DNA of 64,000 nucleotides, from IMG/VR virus record IMGVR_UViG_3300025141_014429, positions 32,001 to 96,000 of that record; one strand, 5' to 3'. The notes beneath the pieces are model-generated. The model had not been told where the DNA came from, searched no databases, and saw nothing but the letters and a program-made list of their open reading frames with translations. Of this stretch, positions 35,665 to 44,754 are shown piece after piece; positions within the stretch are counted from its first letter, which is position 1, and each line of letters begins with the position of its first letter. This stretch comes from a virus. A program made the translations under genes and the position numbers.

Positions 35665-36915
35665 ATGCAAGAAAAGAAACTTAAAATCTTGGCATTGTGT
35701 GATCATGCGCTATCTACAAGTGGCGTAGGCACGCAATCTAGACATTTATTTAACGGGCTTATTGAAAGGGGGACATGGTCAATTAGACAGTTTGGGGCTG
35801 CTATGAAGCATGAAAATTACGATACGATTGTTGTAAATGAAGACTTTGTAATCAAGCCAATAGACGGATTTGGAAACCCAGAACTTCTAAGGGTTACGTT
35901 AGCTGCTGAAAGACCGGATATCTTATTTATTTTTACTGATCCAAGGTTCTTTACTTGGCTCTTTGAAATGGAAGATGAAATACATCAAATCTGTCCAATT
36001 GTTTGGTGGCATGTATGGGATAATTATCCATACCCACAATTTAATGATTGGATGTATAAAGCCACAGATGCTATTAATTGCCATTCACATATGACTTATG
36101 AGATGGTTAAAAAAGTACACCCAGATAAAACAAGCTTTATACCACATACACTTCCTAAAAATGTATTTACTAGACTTAATGATTACGAGAAAGTTCAAAT
36201 TAAATCACAACTGCTAGGTTTAGATAAGCTTGATTATTTTGTAGGTATTTGGGTAAATAGAAATGCTAAGCGGAAGAGACCGAATGATTTGTTGAGTTCT
36301 TGGAAAATATTTTTAGATAATCTTGAAAAAGAACACGGGCATAAAAAAGCAATGCTTATAATGCATACTGACCCGAGAGACAATGAAGGTCCTAATCTTT
36401 TGGCAACGACTGAACAACTAGGAATTCAACAAAATGTTGTTTTTTCGCAAGAAAGAATTGATTTTTCACAAATGAATAGCTTGTATAATATTGCAGACTT
36501 TTGTGTTAACATATCTTATGCTGAAGGGTTTGGGTTGGGTACACTTGAAGCTATGATGACAGGTACGCCTATCATTGCAACAAAAACTGGAGGCATGACA
36601 AGACAAGTAATCGATCATAGAGACGGAACTGAAAATGGTGTGGGTTTAGATGTTGAACTCAAAACAATGGTAGGTAGTCAAGGTGTACCTTACATTTATG
36701 AAGACTACGTTTCTTGTGACACAGTTGCTGAAGGTATTATGAAAATTTTTAACATGGATAAAGAAGCAAAACAAAAGCTTTCAGAAAAAGTTTTAGAATA
36801 TGCACATACCCAATTTAATTATACAACAATGATTGATGCTTGGCATGACTCACTAGTTAATGTGCATAAAAACTGGAAAAGCAATTATAAAAGATGGGAG
36901 AAGATTACAATATGA
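35665..36915 (+). CDS. GT4-family (GT-B) glycosyltransferase
   Basis: TSGVG, VNRNAKRKR, LYNIADF...SYAEGFGL..LEAMMTGTPII. Confidence 0.88.
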   Translation: MQEKKLKILALCDHALSTSGVGTQSRHLFNGLIERGTWSIRQFGAAMKHENYDTIVVNEDFVIKPIDGFGNPELLRVTLAAERPDILFIFTDPRFFTWLFEMEDEIHQICPIVWWHVWDNYPYPQFNDWMYKATDAINCHSHMTYEMVKKVHPDKTSFIPHTLPKNVFTRLNDYEKVQIKSQLLGLDKLDYFVGIWVNRNAKRKRPNDLLSSWKIFLDNLEKEHGHKKAMLIMHTDPRDNEGPNLLATTEQLGIQQNVVFSQERIDFSQMNSLYNIADFCVNISYAEGFGLGTLEAMMTGTPIIATKTGGMTRQVIDHRDGTENGVGLDVELKTMVGSQGVPYIYEDYVSCDTVAEGIMKIFNMDKEAKQKLSEKVLEYAHTQFNYTTMIDAWHDSLVNVHKNWKSNYKRWEKITI

Positions 36916-38081
36916 TAAAATTTAAAAGAAAAGTACTACTTAGGGCTCCTCTTTTAACAGTAAGTGGATACGGTGTTCACTGTAGACAAATATTTGATTA
37001 TTTGTATAGTAGGAATGATCTAGATCTAACTGTCCAAGTTCTTAACTGGGGATCAACTCCGTGGATTGTTGACAGACATTCTGAAGATGGACTAATTGGT
37101 AAGATAATGATGTGCTCAAAACCAATAAAAGAAAAATTTGATGTATCAGTGCAAGTCCAGCTTCCTGATGAATGGGATGAAAGTTTGGCTCATCACAACA
37201 TAGGCGTATCTGCTTTTGTAGAGACTGATATATGTAATCCCATGTGGTTAGATAAAGTCAATAAGATGAATGAGGTAATTGTACCATCAAATTTTGTTAA
37301 AGAAGTAGTTTTCAATACGGGAAATGTTAAAAAGAATATCGAAGTTATTCCTGAACACTATAATTACAATATTGATAAAAAGCAAAATAAAGAAAATTTT
37401 CATTTTGATAAGAAGTTTAATTTTCTAATACTTGGACAATTAACAGGTGACAACCCTGATAATGATCGAAAAAACATAGAAAATATGATTAAGTGGTATT
37501 GCGAAGAATTCAAAGATAACAGAAACGTAAATTTAATACTTAAGACAAATTCTGGAAGATGTTCTTTGAATGATCGATCTAGAACAGTTACAAGAGTTAG
37601 TGAAATAGTTGATAGAAATAGAAAAGGTAAATATCCTACAATTGATGTATTACATGGTAATTTGACAAGCAAAGAAATTGCTAGTTTGTTTAAAAACAAT
37701 AAAATAAAGTGTTTATTGAGTGCTACTAGGGGTGAAGGATACGGTCTTCCATTAGTAGATGCTGCAGCGTCTGCAATGCCTATTGTTGTACCTGCATACT
37801 CTGGTCACATGGAGTTTTTAGAAAAAGAAAATATTTGTAGTTTAAATTACAAAATGAGTCAAATTCCACCAAATAGAATTGATGCAAGAATCTTTATGAA
37901 AGATTCTAAGTGGGCAGAAGTCGATGGCGACGATTTCAAAAATAAAATTAGAGATGTTTTTGAAAATTATACAGCCTATAGAAAAAAAGCACAAAGAATG
38001 CAACAAAGAGTTAGAAATAATTTTTCTAGAGAATCAGTTTTTGAAAAATATGATCAATTTTTTGAGAAGTATCTTGGGTAG
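36912..38081 (+). CDS. GT4-family (GT-B) glycosyltransferase
   Basis: SGYG, RKNI, SATRGEGYGLPLVDAAAS.MP. Start placed at ATG 36912 (ATGA overlap). Confidence 0.85.
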   Translation: MIKFKRKVLLRAPLLTVSGYGVHCRQIFDYLYSRNDLDLTVQVLNWGSTPWIVDRHSEDGLIGKIMMCSKPIKEKFDVSVQVQLPDEWDESLAHHNIGVSAFVETDICNPMWLDKVNKMNEVIVPSNFVKEVVFNTGNVKKNIEVIPEHYNYNIDKKQNKENFHFDKKFNFLILGQLTGDNPDNDRKNIENMIKWYCEEFKDNRNVNLILKTNSGRCSLNDRSRTVTRVSEIVDRNRKGKYPTIDVLHGNLTSKEIASLFKNNKIKCLLSATRGEGYGLPLVDAAASAMPIVVPAYSGHMEFLEKENICSLNYKMSQIPPNRIDARIFMKDSKWAEVDGDDFKNKIRDVFENYTAYRKKAQRMQQRVRNNFSRESVFEKYDQFFEKYLG

Positions 38082-38089
38082 ACATATAT

Positions 38090-38431
38090 ATGTATTTAGG
38101 TTTTTGGTTTTGGTTGTCTGTTGTTTTAGTCTTGTTATTAGTGACATCACTATTTTATCTTTGGAAATTTGCAAATATAGTTCTTGAAACACAAGATTCA
38201 GTTGAATCTTGTCTAGATATTTTAGACAATAGATACCGTGCTATGTCAGAAATATTAGAAATACCTATTTTTTTTGACTCTATTGAAGTTAGAAGGTGTG
38301 TTGATGAAATTAAAAAATCCAGAGATTCAATACTTGTAGTTGCAAATATTTTAACTGGTCCTATGAAGCAAGATTTAGTAGAAGTTGATACAAAACAAAT
38401 CACAGATAAGGACGATACAGATGGCAGCTAA
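38090..38431 (+). CDS. Hypothetical bitopic membrane protein
   Basis: N-terminal hydrophobic helix (FWFWLSVVLVLLLVTSLFYLW) followed by a helical soluble part. Confidence 0.6.
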   Translation: MYLGFWFWLSVVLVLLLVTSLFYLWKFANIVLETQDSVESCLDILDNRYRAMSEILEIPIFFDSIEVRRCVDEIKKSRDSILVVANILTGPMKQDLVEVDTKQITDKDDTDGS

Positions 38432-39185
38432 AAGAACTAGAAATATTAAAGTTAAGAATAAGAATGAGACTAAACCGAAAAAGAAAAAGAAAAAACCTTA
38501 TTTCGGAAAAGATGCTCATCAAGCAGTTGTAGATTATCAGAAATCAGACACAAGAGAAGAAAAAAATAGTATATATAACGAGAAAATTAAACCTTCTTTT
38601 GAAAAATTGGCAGAAAATTTAATTTTTATACACGGCTTTGCTGCTAGCGACTATTCATTAGTTGAGATAATGAAAAATGATTGTGTATCTTTTTTATATG
38701 AAACACTAGAAAAATTTGACCCAACAAGGAAAACTAAAGCTTTTTCTTACTTTAATGTTGTTGCAAAAAACTGGTTAATAATACAAAGTAAGAAAAGAAT
38801 AAAAAATAGAAATAGACATGTAAGCATGTCAAATATGAGTAACTTAAGTAAATCAGATAAATCAAGTATTGAAAATTATCAAATAATTCCTTCACAAGAA
38901 ACTATAATGATAATGAAGCAAAATAGAGAAATGTTAGATGTTTTACTTGTAAAAATTAAAAATAGATTATCAAATCAAAATGAAATAGCATGTGTTAATG
39001 CAATTATTACGTTATTTGCTAAAATAGAAGATTTAGATTTTTTAAATAAAAGAGCAGTATTTGTTTATATGCGTGAACTTTCTAATTTAACACCAAAGCA
39101 ACTTTCTGTTGCAATGTCAAACATAAGAAAACATTATAGGGAGATAGTTAAATCTAACGATGATTTCAATGTTTTTATAACGTAA
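38421..39185 (+). CDS. Phage RNA polymerase sigma factor-like protein (gp55-like late sigma candidate)
   Basis: LEKFDPTRKTKAFSYFNVVAKN resembles sigma region 2.3-2.4 (KFDP....F.Y). There is a C-terminal helix-turn-helix-like segment. Start placed at ATG 38421 behind AAGGA. Confidence 0.65.
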   Translation: MAAKRTRNIKVKNKNETKPKKKKKKPYFGKDAHQAVVDYQKSDTREEKNSIYNEKIKPSFEKLAENLIFIHGFAASDYSLVEIMKNDCVSFLYETLEKFDPTRKTKAFSYFNVVAKNWLIIQSKKRIKNRNRHVSMSNMSNLSKSDKSSIENYQIIPSQETIMIMKQNREMLDVLLVKIKNRLSNQNEIACVNAIITLFAKIEDLDFLNKRAVFVYMRELSNLTPKQLSVAMSNIRKHYREIVKSNDDFNVFIT

Positions 39186-39197
39186 TATGAGGTGCAC

Positions 39198-39560
39198 ATG
39201 TCTAAAAGTATTAAAGACGGAATAGAAAAAATAAGCAAAAAGAAAACAAAGATAGAACAGTTCTCAGATATTCTAGACGGTTTAACATCAACTGAAGATA
39301 AAAAGAAATTACTTTGGAAAGAAATATATGAAAATGCATTAGAAGATAGAAGCAGTGCAAAAATTCTTTTTGAAGACTTGATGTTGCAATCTAGAGGGAA
39401 TGCAGCAAATCATTCTATGTTTGGGTCAATAATGTCAAAATACTTAGAGCGCATGTCTAAATGCAATGATCAGATTCTTAGATTAGCAGAATTAATAGCA
39501 AAAGAAGAAGACAAAAACCAGCTGTCTCCTGATGACATATTCAATCAGATAGAGGGGTAG
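39198..39560 (+). CDS. Hypothetical helical protein
   Basis: GAGG RBS before ATG 39198. Lies between the sigma-like and baseplate genes. Confidence 0.6.
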   Translation: MSKSIKDGIEKISKKKTKIEQFSDILDGLTSTEDKKKLLWKEIYENALEDRSSAKILFEDLMLQSRGNAANHSMFGSIMSKYLERMSKCNDQILRLAELIAKEEDKNQLSPDDIFNQIEG

Positions 39561-39563
39561 CGA

Positions 39564-41186
39564 ATGAGTGGCGGTCTTAAAATTAGAGATTTCCTATCAG
39601 GAAAAAGAGGATCTGATATAGCAGCAGCAGATTCAAGTAGCGAAAACACAAGAGACAGAATAACACAAATCGAGACTAGTTTCTTCAGTACTGTACTAGT
39701 TAAAGACGTCATTACTAATCCTGTAAATTTTCTAAACAAAGAATATAAAGGGCTTAAGAATAGATTTGCTTTGAAGGAAAAGTCATCCGGCGTTGCACTT
39801 TCTGATTCGCAGCTAGTCAACTTAATTCCTAGAAATAGCATTATAGGCTACAATTTAAGTTCAGCAGATGCAATATCGGACAAAAGCCCAGAGCTGTTCT
39901 TTCCATTTTTTTCTGGACACTTGTCTTTACCTCTAAAGCCTGGTGAATCTGTTTGGACAATAAGGGATCAAAATGGTAGAGGTTATTGGCTGAGTAGAAA
40001 AGTCTCATTTAGACAGGTTGAAGATTTAAATTATACAGTAGCTAGTAGGGAGTTGAATGTAGCAAGAAAAGATTCGATCGATCCGGATCAAAAAAACTTG
40101 ACACAAGATGAAAATAATTATTTTAAAAATTTAATTGCAACAATTCCTGATGAAGGAAATTCACCCATATCAGTCGATGATATGGTTGCAGAGTCTATAG
40201 CTTATAAAGAAGAATTTATTGGAGAACCGGTACCAAGTTATTCAAAAAAATGTGGTGACTTAGTCTTACAAGGTTCAAACAATACACTAATTAGTTTAGG
40301 AACAGATCGTTCTTTTAAAAAGGAAAATAAGACAAGAATGGAGAAGCTTCACTCAAGAGTCTCAGAAACATTTAAAGCAGTAACTGATACATTTCTATCA
40401 GAAAATGACAATGTTCAGAACAAGGAAGCGAGTGATGGAGCATTCAAGTATTTCAAGCCAGAAATGGCTGGTTGTATTGAATTAGTAGCAGGTAGAGATA
40501 TCGATAGATTGACACTTGATGATGTAACAGTTAATGGTCGAAAAAAAAGGAATGCATTAAGTTTTTTTGAATTAAAAAAGTTTAAGTCACTTTTTAGTGA
40601 TGAAAGCGAAGAAGATGAAAATGAAGGTGAATTCACATTACCACAAAACAATCCACTAGCAAGATTTTACGTAAGTATGAGGTCTATGCCTAATGATAAT
40701 TATCCTAGCTTGATAAAACAAGAGTTGGGCGAAGACACTGATATCAAAAAATCAATAGAAGCCCATGAAGGATTAAGCGAAAGTGCAATTGTTGGAAGTG
40801 CCTATTCAATTAAAAGTTTTGCTAAAGGAAATTGTGAACTGCAGTCTGAAGCAGGTGGTTCAATGTTTATAAGTGATGGTGTTATTTTAGCTTCAAAAGG
40901 TGGAGCATACATACATCTCAAGCCTAGCGGTGACATATCAATAGTTCCAGGTAAAAACGGGATAATAAAACTTGGAGGGGAAGAAGCAAATCTAACTACG
41001 CTTTGTAGCGATGTAGCTTTAGATGGATCAAATGTCGGACAAGAAAAAACTGTATTGGGTAAAATCATAGTTTCATCTGCAGCAGGTTTTGTTGGCGGTG
41101 ATTCTTATTTAGATAAACAAACAAGCTCTCCACTTGCTAACCCACCACCAAATGGTAAATTTGCAACTAAGATTTTGTTAAAGTAG
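39564..41186 (+). CDS. Baseplate hub/central spike (gp5/Vgr-like) candidate
   Basis: FPFF..HLSLPLKPGESVW...YWLSR (OB-fold-like), GDLVLQGSNNTLISLG, C-terminal beta repeats (GAYIHLKPSGDISI) and position upstream of gp25. Confidence 0.5.
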   Translation: MSGGLKIRDFLSGKRGSDIAAADSSSENTRDRITQIETSFFSTVLVKDVITNPVNFLNKEYKGLKNRFALKEKSSGVALSDSQLVNLIPRNSIIGYNLSSADAISDKSPELFFPFFSGHLSLPLKPGESVWTIRDQNGRGYWLSRKVSFRQVEDLNYTVASRELNVARKDSIDPDQKNLTQDENNYFKNLIATIPDEGNSPISVDDMVAESIAYKEEFIGEPVPSYSKKCGDLVLQGSNNTLISLGTDRSFKKENKTRMEKLHSRVSETFKAVTDTFLSENDNVQNKEASDGAFKYFKPEMAGCIELVAGRDIDRLTLDDVTVNGRKKRNALSFFELKKFKSLFSDESEEDENEGEFTLPQNNPLARFYVSMRSMPNDNYPSLIKQELGEDTDIKKSIEAHEGLSESAIVGSAYSIKSFAKGNCELQSEAGGSMFISDGVILASKGGAYIHLKPSGDISIVPGKNGIIKLGGEEANLTTLCSDVALDGSNVGQEKTVLGKIIVSSAAGFVGGDSYLDKQTSSPLANPPPNGKFATKILLK

Positions 41187-41191
41187 GTAGT

Positions 41192-42337
41192 ATGGCATCT
41201 GACGGAATGTTTTTAGGAATCTTTGTTGATGATGATGGAAATCCTCTGCCTGCAATAGAAGAGGATTTTACTAATATAACTGCCAGAAAATTTAAAGAAG
41301 ATACATTTACATGTCTGGGTTTTAATGTTCTACCAGGTGTAACGAATAACAACGCTTCAGATTTTGCATCAGAATGCTTTAAACAACCTGATGAAACCAT
41401 TGCAGACCATAAAAAAAGGATGTCTGGGTGGCATAACACATGGGGTAAACTATTAGGTGCTTTAATCACAACTTTTAATACACCCTCAGCAGAAATTATG
41501 AAAATTGCACCCCCAACAAAAGTATTTTGGGCAATTGGAGATCCTACTAAGTTTTTGACAGAAATATTAAATCCAATAAAAGCAAAAATAGAACCAATTA
41601 TCGGAATGAGCATAAACGATTATTTACAGTCAAGATTAGCAGAAGTATTTGCCGGGTTAACAGACTTAGTCAAAGCTGTACTATTAATACCTACAGCAAC
41701 AAAGAAGGGTTTTAATAAGCTTATAGACTTCATACTAAGCCTGTTTCCTGACATGTCAAAAGAAATTATTAAAAAGATTAAGAAAGCTTTAAAAGAAGAA
41801 AAAGATAAGATTGTAGGAAAAGTAATAGCACTTTTAGCAGGAATACCATCGTTCCCAGATATTGTTTTGCCTAGTCTAGAAAATTTACTTGAGTATTTTG
41901 GTGTAGAAATAGATCTAGATATTGAGTTGACACTACCTAATTTAAGAGCTATGATTTATCCTGGAATTCCGGAATTGTCAGTCCCCCAAGGAATTTTGCT
42001 TATTTTCATGAAAATAATTTTATCATTTATTGAGATAGTCACAGATCTCTTTACAAACTTATCTTCTTTTTTATTTGCTATAGGGGAGATGCTTCAACTA
42101 ATATTGCAATTAAAATTTTTAGAAGCAATAATGCTTATACTCCAGAAAATAATAGAATTTTTAATGGAAAAGATAATAAGTATTTCACCAGAAATAGTAG
42201 GATCATCATCTTTTTTATGTACACTAATGGCTTTTCTAGAATTGGGGGCAAAGATATTTTGTATTACACTGCTTGGACATTTACTGGGGCCCGGTCTTGT
42301 TTTTCAAACAATGGCAAGTTTAGTTATGAGTATATAA
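41192..42337 (+). CDS. Hydrophobic helical protein of the baseplate region
   Basis: The C-terminal third is long Leu/Ile/Phe-rich amphipathic or TM-like helices. No family recognised. Confidence 0.55.
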   Translation: MASDGMFLGIFVDDDGNPLPAIEEDFTNITARKFKEDTFTCLGFNVLPGVTNNNASDFASECFKQPDETIADHKKRMSGWHNTWGKLLGALITTFNTPSAEIMKIAPPTKVFWAIGDPTKFLTEILNPIKAKIEPIIGMSINDYLQSRLAEVFAGLTDLVKAVLLIPTATKKGFNKLIDFILSLFPDMSKEIIKKIKKALKEEKDKIVGKVIALLAGIPSFPDIVLPSLENLLEYFGVEIDLDIELTLPNLRAMIYPGIPELSVPQGILLIFMKIILSFIEIVTDLFTNLSSFLFAIGEMLQLILQLKFLEAIMLILQKIIEFLMEKIISISPEIVGSSSFLCTLMAFLELGAKIFCITLLGHLLGPGLVFQTMASLVMSI

Positions 42338-42364
42338 ATAAATTGCAACAAAATTAACATGAGT

Positions 42365-42373
42365 GATATTTAT
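42365..42373 (+). promoter_or_regulatory. Candidate late-promoter motif (RATAWTTAW)
   Basis: GATATTTAT begins 31 nt before the gp25-like start. A T4-type TATAAATA also lies at 42333-42340. Confidence 0.4.
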
Positions 42374-42395
42374 TATAGATTAAATAGAGTAAATT

Positions 42396-42902
42396 ATGAG
42401 TACAACCACAAGAAGAACGATAAATTTTAAACATGTTGGGACAAGAATATCAGCAAGAAAGTTTGAAAAAACAACTCAACAACCTGTAATACCCATAGGG
42501 ATAAAGACACCGCTTAGAATCGGTACAGGTAATTCAAATTTATTTGATATGAATTTTCAACCTGCAGATCAGATATCAGATAATTTAAAAAATTTGATAA
42601 AAACTAATTTTGGTGACAGAATAGGTAGGTATAATTATGGAGCAAATTTACAATCTTTGTCATTTGATTATGCAGATATTGGTAATTTTGAAAACAATGC
42701 ATTGATCAATATAAGGGAAGCAGTTGAAAAAACAATGCCTATTGTAGAAATAGAAAATATTAGTGTTCTATCTCATTCTAAAAAAGAAAGTTCGGATCTT
42801 CCTGCAGGAATAGCACAAATCAACATATCTATAACTTATAATGTTCCAAAAATCAAAATAATTGGCGCAAAATTAATAGCTGTAATTTATGCTGGAGGAT
42901 AA
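42396..42902 (+). CDS. Baseplate wedge subunit, gp25/GPW-like
   Basis: IGIKTPL, QISDNLKNLIKTNFGDR...NYGANL and I.EAVEK.MP.VEI, the gp25 pattern (NL.NL..T..GER...P.FG). Confidence 0.85.
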   Translation: MSTTTRRTINFKHVGTRISARKFEKTTQQPVIPIGIKTPLRIGTGNSNLFDMNFQPADQISDNLKNLIKTNFGDRIGRYNYGANLQSLSFDYADIGNFENNALINIREAVEKTMPIVEIENISVLSHSKKESSDLPAGIAQINISITYNVPKIKIIGAKLIAVIYAGG

Positions 42903-42906
42903 ATAA

Positions 42907-44754
42907 ATGCCTAAGAATATCAAAAAGAAGGTAAAACTAGCTACGAACGTATCTTATCTAAATAAGGATTTTGATAGTTTTAGACAGCAACTAGTAAACT
43001 ACGCAGCAGCTAATTACAGTAATCAGATTAATGACTTTACACAAGCTGGGTTGGGTGGATTGTTTGTTGACATGGCCGCATATGTAGGAGATTCATTATC
43101 TTTTTACTTAGATCATCAATTTAACGAACTCAATCTTGAAACTGCAATTGAAGAAAAAAATATTGAGAGGTTAGTAAGATTAGCAGGTGTCAAATCTACG
43201 CCTAAAGCACCTTCTACTGCATATGTTGATGTATCTGTTGTAATTCCTGCAAAACTTGTTAGTGGTGAATATCAACCGGATCCGGATCTTTTACCGGTTA
43301 TAAAATCAGAAACAGTTTTTTCATCAACGAATGGTACGAACTTTTATCTCTATGATGATATCGACTTCAGTATCAGAACAGATGATAATTTCTTAGATGC
43401 TATTGTAACAATTAATGGAACAGATTCATCAGGAAATCCATCTTCTTTTTCATTGACAAAAGAGGGGGTCTGTTCTAGTGGTCAATTAATTAATGAAACC
43501 CATGTCGTTGGAGATTCATTTATTCCTTTTAGGGTAATAAGTCTTAGAAAAGCTGATGTTTCTGAAATTATTTTTGTTAAGGACTCTGATAATAATGAAT
43601 ATTTTGAAGTAGATAATTTAACGCAAGACTTAATTTACAAGAGAGTTTTAAATAACTTTGATGATAAAAATTTAGTAAGGGAAAGAATTGAAATAACACC
43701 AGCTTCTCGTAGATTTGTAAAAGAATTTGATAGACAAACTGGGAAAACAGGCATTAGATTTGGAGGGGGTAGGGCAGATGTTTTTGATGATGACATAATA
43801 CCTGATCCAAGTGAGTTTGCACTACCGCTCTATGGGGATAGAAAGACATTTAACAGTGTTACAATTGATCCAAATTCTTTTCTAGAAACACAGACACTAG
43901 GAATTGCTCCTAGAAATACTATAATTACAGTTGCTTACAGGTCTGGTGGCGGTGTTATTCATAATGTACCCGCATCATCGATATCAGCAGTATCATCATT
44001 GTCAATGAATTTTAAAACAACTCCTTCACCTGACAATATTGTTAAAATACGTGCTAGTACTTCTGTTAACAACCCGCTTCCAGCAGGAGGTGGAGAAGAA
44101 GAACCAACAATTGAAGAGCTTCGCCAAATTGCAATTAATAACAAGAACTCCCAAAATAGAATAGTAACTAGACAAGATTTAATATCTAGAATCTACACTA
44201 TTCCAAATAACTTTGGAAGAGTATTTCGTGCAGCTATTATTGATAATCCCAACAATCCATTAGCAGCAAGACTTTTTATTATTTCTAGAAATTCCCAGAA
44301 ACAACTTATAATATCACCGGACACACTAAAAGACAATTTATCAACATACTTGAATCAATACAGATTAATATCAGAGGCTATTGATATATTAGACGCACCA
44401 ATTGCAAACATGGCAATTAAATATTCTGTATCTGTTGAAAAAGGTTATAATGCACAATCTGTCATAAACGATATCAATGCCAGTCTTAAGGATTACTTTA
44501 AAGTAGAAAATTTTCAAATTAATCAACCTATAGTTATAGCTGATGTTTCAAATTTGATACTAAATACACCCGGGTCTTTATCTTTGATTGAACTAAAGTT
44601 TATAGGTATGAGTGGGACAATTAATCAAAGTGTATACTCAAATTATACATATGTACCTTCTGAAAACCTATCAAGAGGTATGTATTTCCCTCCTCCGGGA
44701 GGTATATTTGAAATCAAGTATCCCGGCGTAGATATTGTTGGGAGAGTAATATAA
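42907..44754 (+). CDS. Baseplate wedge protein, gp6/baseplate-J-like
   Basis: YLNKDFDSFRQQL, DFT...GG.FVDMAAYVGD.LSFYLD, FGGG, GG.EE.TIEELR and RIVTRQD. Confidence 0.85.
   Translation: MPKNIKKKVKLATNVSYLNKDFDSFRQQLVNYAAANYSNQINDFTQAGLGGLFVDMAAYVGDSLSFYLDHQFNELNLETAIEEKNIERLVRLAGVKSTPKAPSTAYVDVSVVIPAKLVSGEYQPDPDLLPVIKSETVFSSTNGTNFYLYDDIDFSIRTDDNFLDAIVTINGTDSSGNPSSFSLTKEGVCSSGQLINETHVVGDSFIPFRVISLRKADVSEIIFVKDSDNNEYFEVDNLTQDLIYKRVLNNFDDKNLVRERIEITPASRRFVKEFDRQTGKTGIRFGGGRADVFDDDIIPDPSEFALPLYGDRKTFNSVTIDPNSFLETQTLGIAPRNTIITVAYRSGGGVIHNVPASSISAVSSLSMNFKTTPSPDNIVKIRASTSVNNPLPAGGGEEEPTIEELRQIAINNKNSQNRIVTRQDLISRIYTIPNNFGRVFRAAIIDNPNNPLAARLFIISRNSQKQLIISPDTLKDNLSTYLNQYRLISEAIDILDAPIANMAIKYSVSVEKGYNAQSVINDINASLKDYFKVENFQINQPIVIADVSNLILNTPGSLSLIELKFIGMSGTINQSVYSNYTYVPSENLSRGMYFPPPGGIFEIKYPGVDIVGRVI

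Noticed and set aside
15031-38081. Bacterial O-antigen/capsule locus on a host chromosome
   Set aside because: No flippase, polymerase, chain-length or initiating GT genes. It is flanked by tail-fibre and baseplate genes, and no cellular housekeeping genes are in the window.
38090-38431. i-spanin/holin call for the bitopic membrane protein
   Set aside because: The topology fits, but there is no overlapping lipoprotein (o-spanin lipobox) and no adjacent endolysin, so it was left as hypothetical.
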